From contig JAJZJU010000001.1 in the NCBI GenBank assembly GCA_021809895.1, positions 1 through 60,342 of the forward strand: a DNA stretch of 60,342 nt. The letters are read 5' to 3'. The notes under the pieces were generated by a model that saw nothing but the letters and a program-made list of their open reading frames with translations, ran no database searches and was not told the origin of the DNA. This document shows, one piece after another, positions 18,402-27,846 of the stretch (positions are counted from its first letter, which is position 1; every line of letters begins with the position of its first letter). This stretch comes from a bacterium. GTDB lineage: Bacteria; Chloroflexota; Dormibacteria; Aeolococcales; Bog-877. A program made the translations under genes and the position numbers.

Positions 18402-19346
18402 ATGGCCAATTTGACAGTCGTGGAACCCCAGCGACCGTCGCCGCTAGGCGACCTGGCCCAGGACTTCCTGGCCGACTGCCGCGCCCGCGGCCTTTCGATC
18501 CGGACCGTGGAGGCGTACGACTACCCGGTCCGCCGGGAGTTCCTGCCCTGGTGCGCCGGGGAGGGGATCACCGATCCGTCCCAGCTCACGCCGGCTCTGG
18601 TCGGCCGGTTCACCGCCCGCCTGCTGGACGAGGGCGGCAAGCGCGGCACTCTCAGCCGAGCGTCGGTCAGATCCTACGTCCGGTCGGTGCGGGTGTTCCT
18701 GGGATGGGTGGCCAAGGCTGACGGCGGCGCAGCCGCCGTGGGCGCCAGCCCAAAGATGCCCAAGGCCGAGCAGCGGATGCTCGACGTGATCACTCGCGAC
18801 GAGATCCAGCGGATGGAGAATGCCGCCAAGACCGAGCGCGACAAGCTGATCCTGCGGCTGCTCGCTGATTGCGGCCTGCGGCTGGGGGAGCTGCTCTCGC
18901 TTCGGGTCGAGGACCTCTTAGAGCCCCGGCGGGGGGAGTTCGCCCTCAAGGTTCGGGGCAAGGGGAGTAGGGACCGCCTGGTGCCGGTCCCGCCGCACCT
19001 GCATAGGCGGCTCAAGCGCTACCTGTCCGGCCGCGGCGCGGACAGCCATGACCGGGTGTTCGTGGGGCTGAGGAAGGGAGCCGATGGCCGCTACGCGCCG
19101 GTCACCAAGAGCGGGGTCGAGCAGGCGGTCCGGGTGCTGGCCAAGGAGACCGGGATCGAGAAGCGGGTCTATCCCCATGTCCTGCGGCACAGTTTCGCCA
19201 CCGAGTGGCTCCGGCGGGGTGGCAACATCATCTCCCTCCAGCGGATTCTCGGCCACTCCGACCTCTCGATGATCCAGGGGGTCTACAGCCACCTCGACTC
19301 CTCAGATGACTACCAGGCGGCCACGCGCGTCCTCATGGGGCAGTAG
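18402..19346 (+). CDS. tyrosine recombinase / integrase (XerC/D-like)
   Basis: 314 aa. N-terminal SAM-like core-binding domain, catalytic-region motifs ...LLADCGLRLGELLSL..., HVLRHSFATEWLRRGGNIISLQRILGHSDLSMIQGVYSHL (H-x-x-R ... H ... Y). Confidence 0.9.
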   Translation: MANLTVVEPQRPSPLGDLAQDFLADCRARGLSIRTVEAYDYPVRREFLPWCAGEGITDPSQLTPALVGRFTARLLDEGGKRGTLSRASVRSYVRSVRVFLGWVAKADGGAAAVGASPKMPKAEQRMLDVITRDEIQRMENAAKTERDKLILRLLADCGLRLGELLSLRVEDLLEPRRGEFALKVRGKGSRDRLVPVPPHLHRRLKRYLSGRGADSHDRVFVGLRKGADGRYAPVTKSGVEQAVRVLAKETGIEKRVYPHVLRHSFATEWLRRGGNIISLQRILGHSDLSMIQGVYSHLDSSDDYQAATRVLMGQ

Positions 19347-19624
19347 CCACCCGGGAACCCAGCGGGCGCGCCGCGGCCCCCCGCAGGGTCAGAGTTCGAC
19401 AGCCTGTGTCGGCGCACTGAGAGTTCGCACCGAGGCGCACACCGTGGGTGGTGACCGACGCTGCCAGCTCCCCGAACCTGATCTTCGCGCTTGTCTCCAA
19501 GAGAGTCTGCAGGAGAGGGGCGGCGCCCTTTCAATCACCCTGGCGTCTGGGCGAGCCATTCCGGCTTGCCTATCCAACTCGTGCCGTCCCAGGTGCCAGC
19601 CGGGGCGGGCTATCGTTGATTCAC

Positions 19625-19981
19625 ATGAGCAAGCCGCTACCGCCAGCGTCAGACGATCTGTTGAACCGCTACGGCGCCGTCCTTGGCGACCTCGGTGCAG
19701 CCCATGGGTTGTCCAGGCTCCGCCACGCTGCTCCGGGCGTGGTGGTCGCCGATGTCGAGGACGGCCGCACTCTCAGTGATGTGGCCCGCTTCGAGCTTGA
19801 GGCCGAGTCCCTCCTCGGAGCCGCCCTGGCGGTGATCGCGTCCGACGCCCCGGCGGCTGCTCGGCTGGCCTCCGCGCCGCTACAGGCAACCAGCGCCGCG
19901 CGAGCGACCCCCAAAAACCGGGGTCGCCGAGATCGACTAGGCCCTGGCGGCCCTGTCCCTGATAGCGAACATGACGAGTGA
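19625..19981 (+). CDS. degenerate MNT-like (minimal nucleotidyltransferase antitoxin-like) protein
   Basis: HGLSRLRHAAPGVVVADVEDGRTLSDVARFELEAESLLGAALAVIASDA resembles the ...GRSLLDL..LE.ELE.LLG..VDLV... half of MNT proteins. It lacks the GS-x-ARG and DxD catalytic motifs. Overlaps the next ORF by 11 nt. Confidence 0.3.
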   Translation: MSKPLPPASDDLLNRYGAVLGDLGAAHGLSRLRHAAPGVVVADVEDGRTLSDVARFELEAESLLGAALAVIASDAPAAARLASAPLQATSAARATPKNRGRRDRLGPGGPVPDSEHDE

Positions 19982-20258
19982 GGGCCGGGTGGCATTCGAC
20001 GTCTCGGCTGACCGACGCCTAGCTCTGGCGTTCTTGTGGGTCAATGTGGGCAGTGCCCTCAAGCAGTTCTGCCGGTTGTTGGGGATCGCCCAGGGCTCAT
20101 CCCCGTTTCCGGGCCCGATCAGGATGCGCGGCAGGTTGTGCTACCAGCCGCCGGACACACTGTCGGCCCGGGTGCTCTGGAATACCTGTGCCATCGATGC
20201 CACTCCCCTCGTCACCCTACTGGTCGACCTCCGCCGAGCGCTGACCGAGTCAAGATGA
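19971..20258 (+). CDS. degenerate HEPN (DUF86-like) protein, catalytic His replaced
   Basis: PFPGPIRMRGRLCYQPPDTLSARVLWNTCAIDATPLVTLLVDL aligns by eye with the DUF86 consensus IPW..I.GMRNRLIHGYF.VD.EIVW.TV..DLPPL. The R-x4-H motif reads RGRLCY (H to Y). Confidence 0.35.
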   Translation: MTSEGRVAFDVSADRRLALAFLWVNVGSALKQFCRLLGIAQGSSPFPGPIRMRGRLCYQPPDTLSARVLWNTCAIDATPLVTLLVDLRRALTESR

Positions 20259-21072
20259 GCGTCCCTCCCGTCGGGATGCCACCCATCCCGGCATCCGCCC
20301 CCTCGACCTCGCCGCCGAATCGCACGTGCCGCCTCCGCCAATCTGGTGACGACCGCATGCCCTGAGCGGGTCATGAGTCCGATTCGAAGTCGTTACGTAT
20401 TTTCCCGCTACTGTGTGACAAGGCCTGTAGCGGGTGAGCCAGCCCCGATCCGGCCCACGTGGCCTCCGGTCAGAGTTGTCTCCGAACACGGCGCGCCTCC
20501 GCCTGGTACCGATGGGCGCCTGGGCCTGACGCGCCTCATCGGAGTCCACCGAAGGCGCTCGCCCAAGCGCTCACCTGAGACGGGATCTGCCAGCCATGGA
20601 GTGGTGGCCTCTCCCCACCAGCATTGCGTCGCGAAGGCAGCACACGAGTCAGCTGTTGACAGCCTCGACCAGCGGGCATCCGGCCGGAGCCGCCCGCTGG
20701 CCGCCTGATCGGCAGCGCTGGCGGCTCTGCCGTCACCGTGATCGCGGACCGTCAGTCGAACGGCCTCGTGTGCCACCAGCGGGTTCCACGGGGACCACCT
20801 CTTCGGGGTGGCCACCGTGGGCAGAGCGCCCAGGGTGCGCACCTTGGTTAGACTCGCGGAACTTCTGGCCAGGGCAGCCATTGCCAGGATGGAGTGGGCT
20901 TGGGTGACCAGCAGCTCCGTCCGCCCCGGCGCGGCATAGGCTCTGGTTTATCAACGGGCACCGCACGACCCCGTGAGGCTCCATTGACGCTCTTCCGGCG
21001 AGGCTGGAGTGGCCAGAGCTCCCGCTGCGGAAGGTTAGTCCGGTTGCGGTCCGATCCTGGCACACTGGCGCT

Positions 21073-21513
21073 ATGGCAAGCATCTGGGGGATGACCCCGC
21101 GGCAGAGCATAGAGGCCGAGTGCGCACGAAGGGGAAAGTCAGCGGTGGTCTCGGGATGTGTTCACCTGCTCCAGGGACGGGAAGTGGACGATGCCCTGGT
21201 GCTGGCGCTGGGCGGACCGCCTGCAGAATACGTGCTCGGTGGTGGAGCGGGAGGCAGGAACGGCTACTGGCCGCGGGTATGGGCGTGCCGCGGACTCCTC
21301 TACGCATGGGAGAAAGAGGCGGCGCCAGCGATCGTTCAGGCGACCAGGGACGAGGCGTGGCGGGTCCGCGAGATGGCGGCCAAGGTGATCGCTCGGCACC
21401 ACGTTGAGGATGCCATCGGGGCGGTGGTCGCGCTACAGGGTGACCCCGTGACGAGAGTTCGGGCGGCAGGGGAACGGTCCGTTATGGCCCTCTACGATCC
21501 GGGCCGGACCTAG
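21073..21513 (+). CDS. HEAT-repeat-like hypothetical protein
   Basis: 146 aa with ...DEAWRVREMAAKVIARHHVEDAIGAVVALQGDPVTRVRAAGERSV, typical HEAT/PBS-lyase-like repeats. Confidence 0.5.
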   Translation: MASIWGMTPRQSIEAECARRGKSAVVSGCVHLLQGREVDDALVLALGGPPAEYVLGGGAGGRNGYWPRVWACRGLLYAWEKEAAPAIVQATRDEAWRVREMAAKVIARHHVEDAIGAVVALQGDPVTRVRAAGERSVMALYDPGRT

Positions 21514-21697
21514 ACTCGTTTCCGGGCGAGGCCGCAGGACGGGGGGCGACTGCCGCTCCCACCTCTGGTCCCATGAGCCCAGGGTGACCGCGCGGGAATC
21601 GCCGTCCCGGGTTACCGCCCATCGCCAAGCATCCCGAGGCGCTGGCCGCTTGGCGGGCAGAGACACCAGGACTCGGCAGCGGCGCGCCAGCAAACGG

Positions 21698-22264
21698 TCA
21701 CATTGGATCGAGCACTCTGCTCACGATCCATGCGTGCTTGCCAACCTGGCGACCGCGCGTGAATCCGTACTCCTCGAAGAGTTCGACGGTTGCGCTGAAC
21801 AAGAACCGCCCCGGCGCCTCGCGGCCGGTGGTCACCTCGGGGATGGCCTCGACCAGCCCGCCGCCTGAGTGAGCGATCTGATCGAGGGCGCCCTCCAGCG
21901 CCGCCCTTGCTAAGCCCTGGCCGCGATGTCCCTTGTCGACGTAGAAGCAAGTGATCCGCCAGTCCGGGCGTGGCGGCGCGTCCTTCGCGTACTCGCGGTT
22001 GTGCTTGATGTTTGAGAGTTCCTCGGGGCTGCCGTACTGGCACCACCCCTGGGCGGCACCGCTACCATCGAAGACGAGGGCAGCGTGAGCACGACCGGTC
22101 CGGACCCGGTCCTCCTTGACCGCCCGATAGCTGAGCCCGCGCTGTCCGCACTCTGGGTGGTAGCCGATGCACCAGCACCCGCCGAAGATCCCGTTGTTGC
22201 GCTCCACAAGCTCCGAGAAGGCATCCCAGGTAACGGCGTCGAGCGGCCGGATCGTGTATGACAT
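21698..22264 (-). CDS. GNAT-family N-acetyltransferase
   Basis: Start moved to ATG 22264 (MSYTIRPLDAVTWDAF...). CFYVDKGHRGQGLARAALEGAL acetyl-CoA-binding motif. Confidence 0.75.
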   Translation of the reverse strand: MSYTIRPLDAVTWDAFSELVERNNGIFGGCWCIGYHPECGQRGLSYRAVKEDRVRTGRAHAALVFDGSGAAQGWCQYGSPEELSNIKHNREYAKDAPPRPDWRITCFYVDKGHRGQGLARAALEGALDQIAHSGGGLVEAIPEVTTGREAPGRFLFSATVELFEEYGFTRGRQVGKHAWIVSRVLDPM

Positions 22265-22469
22265 GGTCGAGTACTTTATCGCGCGAGTGCTGCCTCCCAG
22301 CCTGATCGTGACAGCCGAATTCGACCCCTTCAGGGATGAAGGCTTGCAACTCGGCCACCGAGATGGGCGCCGCGGGCCGCCCGGCCCCGCAGGGCCAATG
22401 GGGAGCTGCCAAGGCCAATGGCACGCGCCGCCTGGACATGTCACTTGACGGGCTACAGACACCCATGCT

Positions 22470-22498
22470 ATTGATAGACCGACAGTCGGTCTATCAAT
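22470..22498. promoter_or_regulatory. perfect 14-1-14 inverted repeat, candidate TetR operator
   Basis: ATTGATAGACCGAC-A-GTCGGTCTATCAAT lies 16 nt upstream of the TetR ATG (22514), in the GNAT/TetR divergent region. TTGACG at 22445-22450 is a possible -35. Confidence 0.7.
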
Positions 22499-22513
22499 TG
22501 GGGAGATCCATCC

Positions 22514-23197
22514 ATGGCACGTACGGTGGATGTGGAAGACCACGCGCTGAAGCGTGATGCCTACCTCGATGCCGCCCAGACCCTAATCCAGAGGGTCGGC
22601 TACGACCAGATGAGCATCCAGGATGTGCTCGCCGCGGTGGGGTCGTCCAGGGGAGCGCTGTATCACTACTTCCCCTCCAAGACCGCGCTGCTGGACGGGG
22701 TCGTCGAGCGGATGGTCGTCGCCGCCTTCGATGCGACCGAGAGAGTGCTGGCGGACGCGTCGCTGCCCGCGCCCGAGAAATTGCGCCGGCTCTTCGGTGG
22801 GATGATCGCATGGAAGTCGGAGCGCCGCGACCTCGTCCTCGCCCTAGTCCGCGTCTGGCTCTCCGACGAGAACACCCTGGTACGCGACAAGCTCCGGGTG
22901 CAGCTGGACTCAACGCTGGTGCCGCGCCTGCGCGCCGTCATCGCCCAGGGCGTGCGCGAGGGTACGTTCGCAGTCACCTCGCCCGAGGCGAGCACTCGGG
23001 TCATCGTGACCCTGCTCCTAGGAGCTCAGGATCTGGCCTGCCGGCTGTACCTGGAGAGGCAGGCCGGCACGGTCCCTCTCGACGCGATCGCGGCCGCCCT
23101 CACCGCCTTCAGTGACGCGATGGCCCGCGTCCTCGGGGCGCCACCCGAGCAGCTTTCGTTCATCGACGACGCGGTGGTCCGTGCGTGGTTCGCATGA
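22514..23197 (+). CDS. TetR-family transcriptional regulator
   Basis: N-terminal HTH: AAQTLIQRVGYDQMSIQDVLAAVGSSRGALYHYFPSKTALL. Confidence 0.9.
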   Translation: MARTVDVEDHALKRDAYLDAAQTLIQRVGYDQMSIQDVLAAVGSSRGALYHYFPSKTALLDGVVERMVVAAFDATERVLADASLPAPEKLRRLFGGMIAWKSERRDLVLALVRVWLSDENTLVRDKLRVQLDSTLVPRLRAVIAQGVREGTFAVTSPEASTRVIVTLLLGAQDLACRLYLERQAGTVPLDAIAAALTAFSDAMARVLGAPPEQLSFIDDAVVRAWFA

Positions 23198-24138
23198 GCC
23201 CCACGGCCCAACCCCAGGAGAGTGCCATGGCCCCAGTCATCCAGACGCTCGGCCTCACCAAGCACTACGGAGGCCACCGGGGCATCGAGCAGGTCGAGTT
23301 CGAGGTCGCAGCCGGCGAGGTCTTCGGGTTCCTCGGGCCCAACGGCGCGGGCAAGACCACCACCATCCGCATCCTCCTCGACACCGTCCGCGCGACCGCG
23401 GGAACGGCGCGGATCTTCGGCCTGGACTCCCGGTCCGACAGCGTCGCCATCCATCGGCGCGTCGGCTACCTGCCGGGGGAGTTCTCCCTCTACGACCGGC
23501 TCACGGGGCGCGAGACGGTGGACTACTTCAGCAAGCTCCACGGCGGCGTGGACCGCGCCTATCAGGCACAGTTGGCAGAGCGTCTGGATGTCGACCTGTC
23601 GCGCCGGTACCGCGACTACTCGCGCGGCAACAAGCAGAAGGTCGCCCTCATCACGGCGCTGCAGCACAGACCCGACCTGCTGGTCCTCGACGAGCCGAGC
23701 TCCGGCCTCGACCCCTTGGGGCAGCAGACGTTTCTGGCGCTGCTGCGCGAGGCCCGTGAGGACGGGCGCACGGTGTTCCTCTCCAGTCACGTCCTCGACG
23801 AGGTTCGGCGCAGCTGTGACCGCGTCGGAATCATCCGCGAGGGCCGGCTGGAGACGGTTGCCCCGGTAGACCAGTTGCGGGACATGGCCCACCACGAGGT
23901 CGAGCTGCGCTTCGCCGGAGCTGTAACCGCCGCCGAGTTCGAGTCGCTCCCTGGCGTCAGCATTGTCACTGCCACGGATCACGAGTTGCACCTCACGGTG
24001 ACCGGCGAGATGGATCCGGTCGTGCGTGCGGCGGCGCGCCATCACCTGATCGACTTCATCAGCCGCGAGCCGAGCCTTGAGGAGTTCTTCCTCGCCCACT
24101 ACCGTGCCGGGACAGCGGCCGCGGACGACCGCGGATGA
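23194..24138 (+). CDS. ABC transporter ATP-binding protein
   Basis: Walker A GPNGAGKTT, signature YSRGNKQKV, Walker B LLVLDEPSSGLD. ATG 23194 forms an ATGA overlap with the tetR stop. Confidence 0.9.
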   Translation: MSPTAQPQESAMAPVIQTLGLTKHYGGHRGIEQVEFEVAAGEVFGFLGPNGAGKTTTIRILLDTVRATAGTARIFGLDSRSDSVAIHRRVGYLPGEFSLYDRLTGRETVDYFSKLHGGVDRAYQAQLAERLDVDLSRRYRDYSRGNKQKVALITALQHRPDLLVLDEPSSGLDPLGQQTFLALLREAREDGRTVFLSSHVLDEVRRSCDRVGIIREGRLETVAPVDQLRDMAHHEVELRFAGAVTAAEFESLPGVSIVTATDHELHLTVTGEMDPVVRAAARHHLIDFISREPSLEEFFLAHYRAGTAAADDRG

Positions 24139-25832
24139 GCCGCCGCCAACCACGCAGCCGGCTCGACCAACGGCGCTACCGGCACTCCCTGTCTCGCTCG
24201 CTCGTCACCGCCGTGTACCGCCGGACGTTGCGCGACTCGCGCAACGCCGTCGTGGTGGTGGGTGGAGTGCTCGCGCTGATGCTCATCGCCGCCGCCGGGG
24301 CCTATGGGCGCTCCTACACGACGCCCGCCTCCCGGGTGTCGTTCGCCAACCTGCTGACGAGCATGCCGGCCGCGCTGCGTGGGGTCACCGGCGACCCCCA
24401 TCCGGCCAACCTGACGACCCTGGGCGGGATGGTGTCCTTCAAGGACGCGACCTGGGTCTGCGGCATTGCCGCACTCTGGTCCATAGTCGCCCTGTCGGCG
24501 TCGATCGCCGGTGAGGCCCGCCGTGGTCGCCTCGAACTGGTGATCGCGACCCCAGTCTCGCGCCGCCGGGTCGCGGTCGAGAAGGTGGCGGCTCATGTGA
24601 CCGGGATGGCCATCATCGCCGCCATCTGCGCCGCCACGGCGTGGCTGTTCGGGATCGCCTTCGGCAGTCTGCCCGGGGATGCGGTGACGGTCGGCAACGC
24701 CATCGGCTTCGGGCTCTGGGTCATGCTGATGGCGCTGGCATCCGGCTCGGTCGCGTTCGCCCTGGCCCCGCTCGTCGGTCGGGCCGGCGCGGCGGGCATC
24801 GCCACGGCCGTAACGGTCGGCGGCGCGCTTGCGTACGGCTACGAGACAGCCGCCCCCTGGCTGAGGGGGCTCGGGCAGGTGACCTGGTTCGGCTGGACCG
24901 GCCACGACCAGCCACTCGCGGGGCAGCCGGACTGGATGACGCTGATCCCGGTCGTGGCCATCACGACTGTGCTGCTGGGGACCGGTGTCGAGCTCACCGC
25001 CCGCCGCGATGTGGGCGCGACCATCTCCATCCCCTGGCTGCGCTGGCCGCGGGTCCTGCTGGGACTGGGCGGACCGCTGCGACGCGCGGCCGGTGATCGC
25101 CTTCCGATCGCGCTGGCCTGGGGTCTTGGGCTCGGCGTCTACGGCTTCGTGATCGGCGATGCCGCCTCGGCGGTTGCCGCCAGCATCAAGAAGGAAGCTC
25201 CCACCTCCACCCTCTCCGTCTACCACACGCTGTTCCCGGGCGTCGACATCGGTACCACGGCGGGACTCCTCCAGATCGCATTCGTCGCCATCGGCCTGGT
25301 CCTGGCGGGGGTGGCCGCGGTCACCCTGGTCTCTGGATGGGCAGCTGATGAGGCCAACGGCCGCCTCGACGTCCTGCTCGGGACACGGTTGAGCCGCGAA
25401 CGCTGGCTCATCACATCGGCGCTCGGCACGATGGCCGCGGTGGTCGCGATGACAGTGGTGACCGCGCTCGGCATCGCGCTGGGAGCGCTCGCCGCCGGCA
25501 GCGACGGGTTGACGCCGCTGCTGGGGAGCGCGGCCCTCGGCCTCTACGCCATCGCCGTGGTCGGCGTGGGCGTGGCGGTCGGCGGCTGGATCGGAGCCAG
25601 GGCGGCGGCGCCCGTCTGCGGCGCCGCCGTTGGCGCGACCTTCCTGCTCAGCCTGCTCGCCCCCGGCCTCCACCTGCCCGGCTGGGTCGGTCAGTTGGCC
25701 TTGACCTCGCACCTTGGCCAGCCCATGGTGGGCCAATGGGATGGCGTGGGCGTGATCGCCTGCCTGGGGCTGGCCGGTGGGGGCGTCGCCCTTGGCACCT
25801 GGGGCATGCGACGACGCGACGTGGGGCGCTGA
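24135..25832 (+). CDS. ABC-2-type transporter permease (large, about 12 TM)
   Basis: 565 aa, highly hydrophobic. ATGA overlap with the ATPase gene. Confidence 0.75.
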   Translation: MSRRQPRSRLDQRRYRHSLSRSLVTAVYRRTLRDSRNAVVVVGGVLALMLIAAAGAYGRSYTTPASRVSFANLLTSMPAALRGVTGDPHPANLTTLGGMVSFKDATWVCGIAALWSIVALSASIAGEARRGRLELVIATPVSRRRVAVEKVAAHVTGMAIIAAICAATAWLFGIAFGSLPGDAVTVGNAIGFGLWVMLMALASGSVAFALAPLVGRAGAAGIATAVTVGGALAYGYETAAPWLRGLGQVTWFGWTGHDQPLAGQPDWMTLIPVVAITTVLLGTGVELTARRDVGATISIPWLRWPRVLLGLGGPLRRAAGDRLPIALAWGLGLGVYGFVIGDAASAVAASIKKEAPTSTLSVYHTLFPGVDIGTTAGLLQIAFVAIGLVLAGVAAVTLVSGWAADEANGRLDVLLGTRLSRERWLITSALGTMAAVVAMTVVTALGIALGALAAGSDGLTPLLGSAALGLYAIAVVGVGVAVGGWIGARAAAPVCGAAVGATFLLSLLAPGLHLPGWVGQLALTSHLGQPMVGQWDGVGVIACLGLAGGGVALGTWGMRRRDVGR

Positions 25833-25936
25833 AGCAATGATGGAAGGTGGATCACCACGGCAAATCGGAAGGGGCAGGTCGCGCATCTCCGACCCGCTGC
25901 CCGACGGCTACGATTTTCCGCCGGGACCTATCCGTG

Positions 25937-26257
25937 CTCCGAGAGGAACCTGGGTGAGCGAAGGTCGAGGAGATCCTACGGGCCGGCTGGCCGCGGATGA
26001 CCCTCGTCAACCTCGGAGAGGTCGCCTATATCCTCGAACGCACCTCCGACACTGGAGCCGACGACGAGGTGTGGGCGAACCTCGGCGCCGAGAGCCGGCC
26101 CGGCGGGGTGCCGGTTCGCTGGATCGACGTCCATGACACTCTCGTGCGCCGGGCGGCGGCTATCGAGGCGCGAGGCGGGATGAGCTATACCAACGCCTTC
26201 GCCGCTGCCACCGCATCGGTGCTCGATTGCGCGGTGCCCACCGGTGGCCCCGAGTAG
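25937..26257 (+). pseudogene. vapC (PIN) fragment lacking N-terminus, with in-frame TGA at 25955-25957
   Basis: LREEPG*AKVEEILRAGWPRMTLVNLGEVAYILERTSDTG...MSYTNAFAAATASVLDCAVPTGGPE. The N-terminal Asp-containing segment is absent, and there is no cognate vapB. Confidence 0.7.
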
Positions 26258-26446
26258 CGCGTGGCAGAGGAGGCGGGAGTCACCGTCCGCTGGCTCGGGC
26301 GGAGGGCATAGCGCCCTTCACCGGTGCTCACCCCGCCAGCGCCAGCTCCGGCCGGAGCGCGGGCGCCGGGTCCCTACAACTGGCGCAACAGCCCGCCTAA
26401 CACCTGAGAAGGTCGGCCCGTTGGCACGGCTGTGATCAGCCCTCCA

Positions 26447-26956
26447 ATGCGAATCCGGCGGGTCGGCCCGGGATCGAAGTGGGCACTGATGGTGGCTCTC
26501 ACCGTCGTCTTACTGCCGTTGGTCGCGGCGTGTAGTAGAGCCCAGACTCGACCGCCAGGCCCAGCTCACGCGTCGACCTCCAGCCCGACTATGGTGCTCC
26601 CGGACGCCTGCAGCAAGGACCCAGCATCCCTGGTGGCGGGATCGCGGGTGCCTCCAGCAGATCTCGCCTCAATTGACTTCCTCAGCCCGTCGATCGGGGT
26701 CGGGGTGACCCTGTCTTCGGTTATGTGCACGTGGCACAAGTCCGCAGTCGACGGCGTCCAGCTCGGCAGCGAGCCGTACCCCACGCGCCTCGCGATGGCA
26801 AGGACGGGAGGTGAGACCTGGACGGTGGAGGGCGGTCCTCTCCCCAGGAGCCTGCTGACCAACTTCGTCACGAGGCTCGCCTTCTCGAGTGCGACCACCG
26901 GCTGGGTCGGTGCGGACGGACACTTGGCCAGCACCAGAGATGGGGGGCGGCTCTGA
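26447..26956 (+). pseudogene. truncated paralog of BNR/Asp-box lipoprotein (TGG to TGA nonsense relative to copy B)
   Basis: MRIRRVGPGSKWALMVALTVVLLPLVAACS... ends at ...STRDGGRL*, where copy B reads ...STSDGGRLWKLVN. Homology to copy B stops about 40 nt later. Confidence 0.7.
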
Positions 26957-27426
26957 AAGGTGGTCAACCCGGGAGGGAGCGTAGCCAAGGTGGTCCGATC
27001 TAGTGGGCCCATTAGTACCAAGCCACACTTGGACCGTTGAGTAGGGCCCGGGCACTGGGCCGCGCGGCCGACCTTGAGCGGGTCACCGGGGTCGCTGCCC
27101 GAACCGTGATTCTCAGTGATCAAATGGCCAAGGACGCCACAGAGGCGATCCGCCAGCGGCGAGCGGCATACGCGCGAGGTTGCGCCACGGCGGCAGGGAC
27201 CCCAGCGTTCCTGAGCCAATCCCTCAGGGCGCGAGCGGTAAGGACACGCCATCGCCGGTGAGTCTCGGCGGGCGAGCCATGGATACCAGGGTGCCCGCCT
27301 TGCTGCTGCCAGCTGCGTGGGCCCGGGGCACGGCCCTCTGGGGCAAGGAAACTCCGCCGAGCTGACCGCACATCTCTGGGTCGCAGGCCTTCTCCTGTGG
27401 GAGGAGGGGAGTGCTCCGCCGGTGGA

Positions 27427-27846
27427 CTACGTGGTTGGCTTCGCCCAGGTCTCGCGCGCCAGCTCGATGGCCCTATCCCGACCCAGTTGGGCGATAGCGG
27501 CGAGGGACATTCCCAGCCGCGCGGTGAGCAGCTCGGCAGCCCACAGAGGGATCTGCTCGATCTCCTCCTCAAGGGGTGGGCCGCTTGGCCGCTCGACCGG
27601 CCTCTTGTCTCGAAGAGACTTCCAGAAGTCCTCGTCGCTGACGCCGAGCTGATCGCGAAGGATCGCCCGCCATCGTCCCTGGCTCATCGTCTTCTTCGAC
27701 GAGTGCGAGATGCGCGTCTCCAGAACGGTGCCGTCATCCAACACGAGTCTGTAGTAACGATGGTCCGGACTCCGCCCCACGGCCACCTCCTCCCACCCGT
27801 CGATCCGGCAGAAGGCTTCGACCTCTGACCAGTCCGGCGTCCTCAC
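27427..27846 (-). CDS. HicA-like (YcfA fold) putative toxin with about 60 aa helical C-terminal extension
   Basis: WSEVEAFCRIDGWEEV...H..YRLVLDDGTVLETRISHSSKKTMSQGRWRAILRDQLGVS resembles the HicA pattern (..LE.DGW..V...GSH..F.....G...TVP.H....L..GTL..IL.QAGL). GTGA overlap with the upstream antitoxin-like gene. Confidence 0.45.
   Translation of the reverse strand: MRTPDWSEVEAFCRIDGWEEVAVGRSPDHRYYRLVLDDGTVLETRISHSSKKTMSQGRWRAILRDQLGVSDEDFWKSLRDKRPVERPSGPPLEEEIEQIPLWAAELLTARLGMSLAAIAQLGRDRAIELARETWAKPTT

Larger units (their letters stand above)
25937..26998. repeat. direct repeat copy A (vapC 3' two-thirds + spacer + 5' part of BNR lipoprotein gene)
   Basis: Read side by side with 30672-31793, it is colinear with high identity by eye (encoded lipoprotein parts about 85-90% identical). 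Copy A is about 60 nt shorter in the spacer. Confidence 0.85.

Noticed and set aside
24099-25886. 595-aa minus-strand ORF, the longest in that region
   Set aside because: It is exactly antisense to the ABC-2 permease. The Arg/Gly/Asp/Pro low-complexity sequence has no motifs. The plus-strand gene is coupled by ATGA to the ATPase.
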